Positions 1 to 8,696 of a DNA stretch of 64,000 bases are shown here, in pieces. The notes under the pieces are model-generated. The model was not told where the DNA came from. It worked only from the letters and a program-made list of their open reading frames with translations, and made no database searches. Source of the stretch: Meyerozyma guilliermondii (taxonomy: Eukaryota); contig CP128819.1 in assembly GCA_051546255.1 (NCBI GenBank), positions 434,001-498,000 of the forward strand. Direction: 5' to 3'. Numbering within the stretch: position 1 is the stretch's first letter; every line of letters starts with the position of its first letter. Position numbers and translations under genes: made by a program.

Positions 1-521
1 GCAAAGCAATTTTTCGGGTCGGCTTTCCATATTCCATCGTAAATCTCCCATGCCTGGTCAGCCATATCTTCAAGACCGTAATAAGTAGCTTTTGCAAGCA
101 AGTTATTCACATCAGAAGGAGCGCTTTTGAAATCTCTTTCAATGAGTTCATTAGCAGCCGACAAGTGCTCAGCCCTATTGATGCCTTGACTGACATATTT
201 TAAATGGAGCCATTTAAAACTGGAGTCGATACTTAACCTATCAGCATCAGAAAACAGAGGCTGTTTGGAAGCTTGCGATAAAACTTCGGTAGCTTCGTCA
301 AGCTTTCCCGACGCTGAGTATGCTCGAGCAACCGAGATCCAGTATTTTCTATCGCACTTTTCCTCATTTAGGAAACTTATCAACTCGTTGGGGTCATCAG
401 GAAGTTCTTCCACAAGGTTAATACTCACAATCTGGCCATTACTCAATGTAACATCCAAGTTGCCTAGAGTGTCAGCAGCCTGGGACCCTATGTAATAGGA
501 GATATCCGAAGCGTCGTCCAT
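1..521 (-). CDS. CTR9: Paf1 complex TPR subunit Ctr9, N-terminal part (runs off window start)
   Basis: Not in ORF track. Manual translation from ATG at 521: MDDASDISYYIGSQAADTLGNLDVTLSNGQIVSINLVEELPDDPNELISFLNEEKCDRKYWISVARAY..., matching the Ctr9 N-terminal LPDDPxxL...WxxxAxAY pattern; frame open to position 1. Confidence 0.85.
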   Translation of the reverse strand, partial: MDDASDISYYIGSQAADTLGNLDVTLSNGQIVSINLVEELPDDPNELISFLNEEKCDRKYWISVARAYSASGKLDEATEVLSQASKQPLFSDADRLSIDSSFKWLHLKYVSQGINRAEHLSAANELIERDFKSAPSDVNNLLAKATYYGLEDMADQAWEIYDGIWKADPKNCF

Positions 522-673
522 GCTGCGCTCAGATGAAATGCCGATGCACTAAGTCGTTGACCTGTTGTGGGCTGAAAATTCGATGCTGTTATCTGCAGGA
601 TATACACCTTCAAGACAAAGTTCACTAGGATAGCTACACCAGATGAGTTACTGACTAGGTTATTAAGTAGAAG

Positions 674-3112
674 TTAGAAAGCCCCGGATATGAGAAGCTC
701 GTTTGATAAGCAGGATCTAGCAACTTGGCTGAGAATACTCGCCAGGTCTGCTTTCCCGCGTAAAACAGTGGATGCAATTCGCACCAGTTTCGGATAGTTC
801 TCAATGGACCTGATCGGAACTGATACATGGATCTTGGCCTTAGTCCTCAGGTTCGCTTCGTAGTATCGCACATCAATAGAACATGAGTCAGTCTCATTAA
901 CGAATGCAACGGGATAACGAAGAGAGATCTTGTAGATATCTTGATCTAATCTCTTCAAGGCCTCCCAACGCCTATGGAGCAAGGGAATATCCGAGAGTTT
1001 TTTGATGTTGTCCGTTATGGGCATAGCAAACAGCTCTGCGACTTGCTTGTTGTAAAAACATGCAGGCAGCATCAATGCAAATTTCAAACCAGTTGACGAT
1101 AAGTGCACTGAATATGTTCGCTGATAACTGAACCTTATAGAGTTTCCCTCGACCGCTTCAAAATTAAAGCCTGTTAATTTTTGAAGTAAGTTACACTTTG
1201 CCTCTAAAGTGGATATCTCTGAGGTTCCATAGGTCCTATTCTTATTGAGTATTGTCTCTAATTCAGCTAAAGATCCTCTCAATTCTGCGATCTTAGACTC
1301 GTTGTCCGCGATTGCTATATCAACAGCGTTCACTTCATCTTTTAGAAGAGAAATCTTCAGACGACTCGCCGTAATTTTCGAGTATAAATATACCAACTCA
1401 TTTCGAAGGCTGCTGAATTCCAGGCTATCGTGGATCTGAGGGTCGCTTATGTCGCTCAATTGTGCCATGATGAGTTTAAGCCTGTTGAGCTTATCTTTTG
1501 ACTCCACAAATAAAGATTCGGCAGCGGCCAATTTTTCATTCAATAGCCGTTCATCTTCCTGTACTTGCTCATATTTTAGCAAAGTCAGGTCAAGCAAGTT
1601 TCGGATCATAGTTGTACGCCAGGTATACCACGCGTCCATCGCTTGCTTGCGGCAATAATCTTTAATGAGTTGAAATTCAGATTGCATGCCAAGCTGCTTT
1701 TCAAGTGGACTGTAATAATACTGCTTGAACAACTTGGGATTGGATGCTAGTGTCGTGTTGTTAAATTGTTCAAACAACTTTTTTCCGTCCTCTATATTCT
1801 TCCTCATCTCTTCACAACTGAAGTAGAGTAATTCCAAAAGTGGAAGTTTGTTAGTAGCGTTCACGTAATCTTGAAGCGAGTAGTCATTGGACCCATCAAT
1901 GACCTTGGGAAGCGAAATGCTTATTCTGCTTATCGAAGACGTTCCTATGTCCAAGTCATCATAAAAACGAATGCCAATATCCTTCATGAAATGAGTCAAT
2001 GAAACGGATTCGTAGTCTTCATCATCGTAAATGGAGTCAACGGAAATGTCTGCGAGGGGGATTGTGGTTGTGTATGACAGTGGATGGATACGCTTTGCAG
2101 GTGGTGATAACGAAGGCAGTCGTCTCTTCTGAGCTACTAAAGGACTTTCAGCTCGTATAGGTGGTTGTTCGGAAGTTTTTTCGCTTGTTTGTAGGACTTC
2201 TATCTTATCATCAGTTTGAGTGAGCTTCATAGGTTCCTGTGACGCACCATTATCAGCGGGAATCTCCGTAGGGTCGGGTCTAGTTGTTGGTTCTGGGAGC
2301 GCTGAAGTACTCGTAGAGGTCTGATTCAATGTTATACGGCCGACTGATTGTGTCAATTCCATTTCACCCTCGACTTCGGTTACCTTGACTGGTGAAATAT
2401 CAGGGCTGTTATTGATCTCTTGCTGAATCATTCCCACTTGCTGAGTAAATTCCATGGTGTTTTCTTCGTCTTGATGATTATTACTCTCAGTTTGAACAAA
2501 TACAGCAGCTACTTGAGTGAACTCCATTGTGTCTTCCGTGTTTTGAGGGTGAGTACTACCAACTTCAGCCACATTTGTGCCAGATTCAGAAGTGTTTTCA
2601 GCATGAAAAGCCTCGATTTTAGGAAACTGCTCCGTGAGTTCCATTGGCATTTCTTCCCATGACATGGGGCCCTCTTGGGATTGCACCTGTGGAAACAGAG
2701 ATACCTGAGGGAATTGTGGAATTTGACCCGTGAGCTCCATGGTTTGCTCGTCATTTTCTTCATTTATTACCTCTTCGTCAGAGCTATCAGCTAAGAGTTC
2801 GCGCCCCACCTCAGGCACCGATGGTTGCGATGACTGCGAGGACCCATCATCAGAAGAGTCTGAGATCTGAGAAGGTATAAATGCTATCGTCTCTCTTCTA
2901 CGGCTCTGGCTTTGATATTGAGGCACAAAATCGATTTTGTGAAGGGTAACTTCGGGTGCAAATGAAACACGCCGACGTTCATTTGTTCTTAAAGAGTCTT
3001 CCTTGAGTGGAATCATAGGTATTGGCATCGTCTGGCTGTCCAAGTTGGACTTCAAGATACTTTTTCCGGGCCGGTACACCTCCTCGGACGGGAACGTATT
3101 TTCCTTATTCAT
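674..3112 (-). CDS. SPC105: Kinetochore scaffold Spc105/KNL1
   Basis: N-terminal SILK and RVSF PP1-docking motifs, about six MELT-like motifs (MELT x3, MEFT x2, MKLT), C-terminal coiled coil/Spc7 region (FMKDIGIRFYDDL, WYTWR). Confidence 0.93.
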   Translation of the reverse strand: MNKENTFPSEEVYRPGKSILKSNLDSQTMPIPMIPLKEDSLRTNERRRVSFAPEVTLHKIDFVPQYQSQSRRRETIAFIPSQISDSSDDGSSQSSQPSVPEVGRELLADSSDEEVINEENDEQTMELTGQIPQFPQVSLFPQVQSQEGPMSWEEMPMELTEQFPKIEAFHAENTSESGTNVAEVGSTHPQNTEDTMEFTQVAAVFVQTESNNHQDEENTMEFTQQVGMIQQEINNSPDISPVKVTEVEGEMELTQSVGRITLNQTSTSTSALPEPTTRPDPTEIPADNGASQEPMKLTQTDDKIEVLQTSEKTSEQPPIRAESPLVAQKRRLPSLSPPAKRIHPLSYTTTIPLADISVDSIYDDEDYESVSLTHFMKDIGIRFYDDLDIGTSSISRISISLPKVIDGSNDYSLQDYVNATNKLPLLELLYFSCEEMRKNIEDGKKLFEQFNNTTLASNPKLFKQYYYSPLEKQLGMQSEFQLIKDYCRKQAMDAWYTWRTTMIRNLLDLTLLKYEQVQEDERLLNEKLAAAESLFVESKDKLNRLKLIMAQLSDISDPQIHDSLEFSSLRNELVYLYSKITASRLKISLLKDEVNAVDIAIADNESKIAELRGSLAELETILNKNRTYGTSEISTLEAKCNLLQKLTGFNFEAVEGNSIRFSYQRTYSVHLSSTGLKFALMLPACFYNKQVAELFAMPITDNIKKLSDIPLLHRRWEALKRLDQDIYKISLRYPVAFVNETDSCSIDVRYYEANLRTKAKIHVSVPIRSIENYPKLVRIASTVLRGKADLASILSQVARSCLSNELLISGAF

Positions 3113-3234
3113 ACGCGTTGTTGTTGTGAAATCGCAAATTGGTTGATGGATTCAGGTGGTTGTACTGCATAAGGGCCATGACGATGGTCGGAATTGTTTC
3201 TGATGGTATTACCCCACATATGTCAAGTTGAGTT

Positions 3235-3399
3235 CCGAGGGTGAAAAATACAAGGCATCAACGAGACAAATGAATTTCTATCAAGTTGCTTCAATGTTGC
3301 CAAGTTGCTTCATGGTGACGATTGTCACATGATGAGATCTGGGGAAGCTGACTCAGTGCTTACGTTTTCTTGCTTCTCCCCTCCACCCGAAACCCTCGG
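3235..3399. promoter_or_regulatory. Two CCTCGG/CCGAGG fatty-acid-response motifs upstream of PEX11
   Basis: CCGAGG at 3235-3240 and CCTCGG at 3394-3399; this is the FarA/Ctf1-type motif of fungal peroxisomal and beta-oxidation genes. Confidence 0.6.
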
Positions 3400-3456
3400 T
3401 TGTTCGTCCGGGGATTGGCTACTTAAAAACTTGTATAGTTTTCAATAATTACAGAA

Positions 3457-4146
3457 ATGGTTGCCGATAGCATAATCTACCACCCTACTTTTGCCAAGTC
3501 TATTCGTTTTCTTGACTCCACTCCCAAGCGGGAAAAGTGCTTCAGACTTGTAGCTTACTTGTCCCGGTTCTTGTCTTACTACCTTCAAAGACAAGGTTTT
3601 TCAGGTGATATCGTTAAAATATTTAAAGATTTGAAAGGTCATGTCACATTTATAAGAAAGGGATTGAGATTCTTGAAACCTTTGAACCACTTGCAAACTG
3701 CTGCTGAGACGTTTGACAACAAGTTGATGGACCCTATTTTACAGAACACCACGGTTATTCGTAATTTATGTTACGCCGGTTACCTTTCGTTGGATTCCAT
3801 CACCTGGTTCAAGATGATGGGACTCATTGATCCCAAGAAAATGACAAAGGTTCCTACCTATGCGTCTAGATTCTGGCTCTTTGGCTTGATTGCTGGTGTG
3901 ATCAATTCGTTGAGAACCTACAAAATCAACAGTGCCAAGTTGGAGTCCGGTGATGAAAAGGTCGATGTTGAGGCCGTCAATGCCAAGCTCTATAAGGCCA
4001 AGAGAAAGTTGGTGTGGGACTTGTTGGACATGTTCATCGCATTGAACACCTTGAACTACTTGCACTTCACCGAGGGTGACGTTGGTTTGGCTGGTACTCT
4101 CACATCGATAATGGGCTTGAGAGACATGTGGGCTGCCACAAAGTGA
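3457..4146 (+). CDS. PEX11: Peroxisomal membrane proliferation protein Pex11
   Basis: MVADSIIYHPT...REKxxRLxxYLSRFL, RKGLRFLKPLNHL, C-terminal TM region LVWDLLDMFIALNTLNYL. Confidence 0.95.
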   Translation: MVADSIIYHPTFAKSIRFLDSTPKREKCFRLVAYLSRFLSYYLQRQGFSGDIVKIFKDLKGHVTFIRKGLRFLKPLNHLQTAAETFDNKLMDPILQNTTVIRNLCYAGYLSLDSITWFKMMGLIDPKKMTKVPTYASRFWLFGLIAGVINSLRTYKINSAKLESGDEKVDVEAVNAKLYKAKRKLVWDLLDMFIALNTLNYLHFTEGDVGLAGTLTSIMGLRDMWAATK

Positions 4147-4160
4147 TTATAAGTTCCATA

Positions 4161-4457
4161 TTATTTCGTAATGTTACTCGATCCTTGATCCTGAAGTTTT
4201 CCAAAATAGTAGCCATCCCAGTACAGTTTCATCATCATGTTCTTGATATCTTGTAAAAGCTCTGAAGAGTCACCAATAACGGTTTGGAGTCTCTCAGGAA
4301 CCTCCACAACTAATGCCGGAGGTACGGAATTTTCTATGGTGTTTTGATCATCCACAAGGAGAGAATCACCTTCCGGGGCTTTCGCTTTCAGTTCAATTCC
4401 AAGCACCTGCTGTTCATATGCCTCTTTCAATTCTACCCACGTTGCCTTGCAATTCAT
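4161..4457 (-). CDS. Small (98 aa) SMN-like protein with C-terminal YG-box
   Basis: First ATG at 4457 (track start is GTG). C-terminal DIKNMMMK(S)YWDGYYFG resembles the fungal SMN YG box (KNLMMSWYxAGYYTG); N-terminal helix ATWVELKEAY. Confidence 0.6.
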   Translation of the reverse strand: MNCKATWVELKEAYEQQVLGIELKAKAPEGDSLLVDDQNTIENSVPPALVVEVPERLQTVIGDSSELLQDIKNMMMKLYWDGYYFGKLQDQGSSNITK

Positions 4458-4508
4458 TATCGTCAATTTGCAACTGGAAATCAAGTGAACTGGTGTTGTG
4501 TGCACACC

Positions 4509-4530
4509 CTCATCTCATCACCAAAATTTC
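4509..4530. promoter_or_regulatory. Tandem PAC elements plus RRPE-like tract in NOP8 promoter
   Basis: CTCATCTCATC (GATGAG x2 on minus strand) at 4509-4519 followed by AAAATTTC, immediately upstream of a ribosome-biogenesis gene. Confidence 0.6.
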
Positions 4531-4547
4531 CATATCGAGAATAGTGT

Positions 4548-6368
4548 ATGTCAGAACAACCTGGTGCCCAGCAGCTACGGTTGCGCATTGGAAATATCTC
4601 GACAGCTCTTGCCGAGAAGCCAGACCTTCTTAGCTCAAGGATTGCCAAATTCGGTTCAATAATCGACAACTTGGACCTCCACACAAAGCCTACTCATGAT
4701 CATTACTTTGCATTTATAACCGTTGAATTTCCCGATAAAGGGTTCCAGAAACTCAAAGCATCGTTGGCTGGTGCTGTCTTTATGGGACGCAAGCTTTCGG
4801 TCGATATAGCCAAACCAGACTATCACCAACGTTGGTTGAAAGACTCTCAGCGACCCGATGAAAAACACGATGCCAGACAACGCCAATTTCAAATTCATTT
4901 AGCACGCCAGGAACGCATTAAGGAGTCCCAAACTCTGTACCATATCAATCGTTTCGACAATTCTATTGTCCAGAAACCTCCTCGTACCTCCTACATGTTA
5001 TCTCCTCATACATTCAACAACATATCTGGAAATACCAAGCACCAACCACCCACTCAAACTCTTCATGGAGACGGTTCATATGGGGCTCTAACCAAGGGAA
5101 AACCCATTGTGGGGCTTCCGACGTCTCGTACTTCGGGAGGAGGCGAATTTTGCAAGGGAAGAATGAGAACTACTCCAAGATCGAAGTTGGCTCAGAAACT
5201 GCAAACCATGCGTATTTTGATAAATGGCAAACCAACCCAAATTAAAGCCTTCAAGACTAAACTTTGGGGATACGAGAAGAACAAAACCGTCAACGACCTC
5301 ACGTGGAATTACTCTGACGGGAAATGGATCAGTGGAGATAATCATGTACTTGAACGGGTGCAGTCAGTTCATCACAAAAATGAGCAAGCTGAAGGTACAG
5401 ATTTGAAAGAAGAAATAGAAAAGAACACTTCAGTTTTGGCTTCGTTTTTATCGGGATACGATTTTGAGAAACCTGTTGAGCTTTTGGAAGACAATGAAGA
5501 GGAGACAGTAAGTGGAATCTCAAAACAGGATATCATCGTTGACACCAAAGGACGCAAAAAGGTTACCCATTTTGATTATGAGATCGAAGGAAATGGGGTC
5601 AATGACGATGAAGAAGCCGTACCAATTTCTTCAGAAGCTCGTCGCCAGCTTGAGCTTTTCAAGGAATCCGCTGGTGGTCCTGTCAAAGAACAATATTTTG
5701 ATGAAGACGATGAGTCGGATTTCGATATAGAAGCTTTGAAGAAGACGGAGGAGCAGGATGGGGACGTAGAGGTTGTTCCGGAGGCACAAAGCACAGAAAA
5801 TATTCAGGCTGGTGCTGAAACTGTGGTCACTAAAAAATCTCCAGAACCCACCACCAAGCAGCCTCAAGCCGAAGTTGAGTCCGATGAACCATCACAGCCA
5901 CAATCTCAAGCTCAACCTACCACAGAGGCATTGAGAACTTTGCTCAATCCACAGAATGAGAGCTCAGGGTTCAAACTTGCATTATCTGAAGAAGATGAAG
6001 ATGTTGACAGCGACCATATCATCGATTCCAGCGAACAGGCTCAACTTTTGGAGCAAATCAAGCAGAAACAACAGCAACTGAGAGAAAGTGGGCATGGTGT
6101 TCAAAGCAAGGTTCGAGGTCTTTTTTGGCCCCATTTCGATTCTCCATTTCTCCAGTCTCAATCGCAGCTCAGTAAGATCGGGGCTCTGGCTGAGACAGTG
6201 ACACTTCTTGGAGAAAATGAGCCAGACATAGAAGGTAGAGATGGAGAATCTCCATTTGAAAAATGGTTCTGGAGCAAGCGAGGAGAAATCGGTAGAGAGT
6301 GTAAGAGGAGAAAGCGAGATGTGGCACGAGCATTTAAAAAGAGTTCCCGAGGGAGACCTGTGGATTAA
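4548..6368 (+). CDS. NOP8: Nucleolar RRM protein Nop8 (60S biogenesis)
   Basis: N-terminal RRM (LRIGNIS, FAFITV, FMGRKLSVDIAKPDY), KTKLWG motif, acidic middle, C-terminal FWSKRGE..RECKRRKRD; PAC-containing promoter. Confidence 0.75.
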   Translation: MSEQPGAQQLRLRIGNISTALAEKPDLLSSRIAKFGSIIDNLDLHTKPTHDHYFAFITVEFPDKGFQKLKASLAGAVFMGRKLSVDIAKPDYHQRWLKDSQRPDEKHDARQRQFQIHLARQERIKESQTLYHINRFDNSIVQKPPRTSYMLSPHTFNNISGNTKHQPPTQTLHGDGSYGALTKGKPIVGLPTSRTSGGGEFCKGRMRTTPRSKLAQKLQTMRILINGKPTQIKAFKTKLWGYEKNKTVNDLTWNYSDGKWISGDNHVLERVQSVHHKNEQAEGTDLKEEIEKNTSVLASFLSGYDFEKPVELLEDNEEETVSGISKQDIIVDTKGRKKVTHFDYEIEGNGVNDDEEAVPISSEARRQLELFKESAGGPVKEQYFDEDDESDFDIEALKKTEEQDGDVEVVPEAQSTENIQAGAETVVTKKSPEPTTKQPQAEVESDEPSQPQSQAQPTTEALRTLLNPQNESSGFKLALSEEDEDVDSDHIIDSSEQAQLLEQIKQKQQQLRESGHGVQSKVRGLFWPHFDSPFLQSQSQLSKIGALAETVTLLGENEPDIEGRDGESPFEKWFWSKRGEIGRECKRRKRDVARAFKKSSRGRPVD

Positions 6369-6371
6369 AAT

Positions 6372-6749
6372 CTATACAAGTGGTCTTCGCCTGATATAAA
6401 TCATACCATTTTTCCCTGTCACTGTTTGCTCTTCGTACGTTTGCCAAGCACTTTCCAGCATTGTTGAGGCAGCAGTATACAGCACAACTTCAGGAACATG
6501 CAGAGCCGTGGCCTTACTATGCTCTAAGCATGTTCCCAAGAAATGGTCTCTTGCGGATTCAAAGTTGCCGTAAGGACATATATCGACAAGGCAACTAACA
6601 AGCACATCGCTTTTGGAACAAAGACAACTTATGGACTGCAATCCAGATGGACATTCTTTAGCAGTTTCTGCTATACAACTTAGAAAACAAGCCGGGGGTG
6701 TAGCATGCACAAAACTTGCTAAGAATGAGAAAAGTATAAAGTATTTCAT
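6372..6749 (-). CDS. Secreted CFEM-domain protein (Ccw14/Ssr1-type), no GPI tail
   Basis: Signal peptide MKYFILFSFLASFVHA, then TPPACFLSC..C..CLC..CLVDICP..C (8 Cys CFEM); start taken at ATG 6749. Confidence 0.8.
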   Translation of the reverse strand: MKYFILFSFLASFVHATPPACFLSCIAETAKECPSGLQSISCLCSKSDVLVSCLVDICPYGNFESARDHFLGTCLEHSKATALHVPEVVLYTAASTMLESAWQTYEEQTVTGKNGMIYIRRRPLV

Positions 6750-7108
6750 GGTGAATAACCTGTTTGTGCTCGGAGTGTATAGTTTAACACAAATGGCCAA
6801 AATCTTGATAAGCGCCAAGGATGAATAAAGGTTCGGGATAAGTGAATCATGCTGTATCAGGGTCATGCTAAATATACTTACTGTCGTATATGGTAATAGA
6901 GCTTTCAACTTGGTAAAGTTGCAAAATTCCTAAATATTCCCAAATTTTGAAAAAAATACAATTGGCTATCCAAAACAAAAATACGATCTCTAACTGAGCA
7001 TAACAGCTCCATATAGTTGTTCGCCTGCATTTTCACCACCAATTGTATTATTCACTCTTCAGCCATTCCTCACCTCTTATCAACTTCGCGCTAAAATTTA
7101 CTTCAGAG

Positions 7109-8536
7109 ATGGAAGAGACCCATGAACCAAAGAAGCATTCTGAGAAAGAAGAAATAGAGGATGGGCTAAGTAGTAAGACCGAAGCGCCACATCTTCCAGA
7201 GTTCACCTTCAAAAATGTTTGCAATGATATAATAAACGGGGTAATTGCTTTATTCATGGACCCTTTTTGCAATGCCATTGTGGTCCCAATCTTGGTGGTT
7301 TTCACGTCCATTGCTTGTAAGATCGTCATCGCCAATGTCAAGTACACTGAAATTGACTTCAAGACTTATATGCAACAGATAGATATGATCAACGATGGTG
7401 AACTTGATTACAGCTTGATTGCCGGTGACACTGGTCCTATAGTGTATCCTGCTGGATTTGTGCAAATCTACCAATGGCTCAGTTGGCTCAGTCTGGGAGG
7501 AGAGGACATACCCGTGGTTCAATCTGTGTTTGGATATCTTCACACATTGACGGTTTTACTCACTTGTTGTACCTATTCGTTGGTGGGTGATGTTCAGCCA
7601 TGGGCATATATGTTGATCGTGGCCAGCAAACGGTTGATGTCCATTTATGTGTTGAGACTCTTTAACGATTGTTTCACTACTGCTTGTATGGTGGGGGTGA
7701 CATTAGTCTTACAGGCAGCATCTTATTGGTTCGATACTTTGGGTTCAACACTAGTCTTTCTTTTGACTTTAGTTGCAGCCGACTTGTATAGTATGGCTAT
7801 CTCAATTAAGATGAATGCCTTACTTTTCATGCCTGCATTTCTTATTGTGGTCTACTTTTTGTGCATGGAAAACATTTTGAAGTTGTTGGCTGTAATTTTG
7901 GTGATGGTATTGGTCCAAGTAATGGTCGGATGGAAATTCTTATTGGTCTTGTTCCACGATGAAGACGCAAACTATTTGCGTATGACATACTTACAAAGAG
8001 CATTTGATTTCAAACGTTCGTTTCTATATGAATGGACAGTCAATTGGAGGTTTGTTCCGGAAGAATACTTTACTTCCAAGCTATTTGCAAACTTTCTTTT
8101 AGTGTGCCATATTTCAGTGCTTATCTTCTTTGTGATTTCTAGATTCTTTAGTTCTAAAATCACTGGAAAGAGCTTGGTAACCTTGGTCAAAGACGGCTTT
8201 AAACCTTTCAACACCATAGCTTCCACAAATCTTTATGTGAACAAGAAACAAGGTCCTAAGCTCATTTTGCTCACATTTGCAACTACGAACACAATTGGAG
8301 TACTTCTCTCCCGCAGTCTTCATTACCAGTTTCTCTCTTGGTATTGTTGGCATATGCCATTCTTATTATATTCGACTGGCTGGGGTCCCATTATTAGTGG
8401 TGCAATGTGGGCCGTTCATGAATGGTGCTGGCTTACGTTTCCATCGACCATTCAAAGTTCAGCAATATTGGTAACTATCTTGTCGTTTACTTTGGCCACA
8501 GTATGGCATCGTGGTGAAAATTGGTATGGGTCTTAG
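7109..8536 (+). CDS. ALG3: Dol-P-Man:Man5GlcNAc2-PP-Dol alpha-1,3-mannosyltransferase
   Basis: YTEIDFKTYMQQ, GDTGPIVYPAG, SIYVLRLFND, WTVNWRF, RSLHYQF motifs; first ATG 7109. Confidence 0.96.
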   Translation: MEETHEPKKHSEKEEIEDGLSSKTEAPHLPEFTFKNVCNDIINGVIALFMDPFCNAIVVPILVVFTSIACKIVIANVKYTEIDFKTYMQQIDMINDGELDYSLIAGDTGPIVYPAGFVQIYQWLSWLSLGGEDIPVVQSVFGYLHTLTVLLTCCTYSLVGDVQPWAYMLIVASKRLMSIYVLRLFNDCFTTACMVGVTLVLQAASYWFDTLGSTLVFLLTLVAADLYSMAISIKMNALLFMPAFLIVVYFLCMENILKLLAVILVMVLVQVMVGWKFLLVLFHDEDANYLRMTYLQRAFDFKRSFLYEWTVNWRFVPEEYFTSKLFANFLLVCHISVLIFFVISRFFSSKITGKSLVTLVKDGFKPFNTIASTNLYVNKKQGPKLILLTFATTNTIGVLLSRSLHYQFLSWYCWHMPFLLYSTGWGPIISGAMWAVHEWCWLTFPSTIQSSAILVTILSFTLATVWHRGENWYGS

Positions 8537-8696
8537 CCTGTGTATTATTATACATATGCCTCAATGGGCAGAGAATCACGAAGTGAACATGTCTGGTTGC
8601 AGGTTCATATCTGGTAAATAGTGTTCAATTAAGAAACCTCAAGTCATCGGATGAGCTGTACTTTTCGGGCCAGATCCACTGGTATGTTCTATCAAT

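Noticed and set aside
4474..4507. Possible 34-nt intron (GTGTGC...CAG) supplying an ATG to the DDNEL frame of the SMN-like gene
   Set aside because: Non-canonical donor, no branch motif, overlaps PAC elements, and a further frameshift would still be needed.
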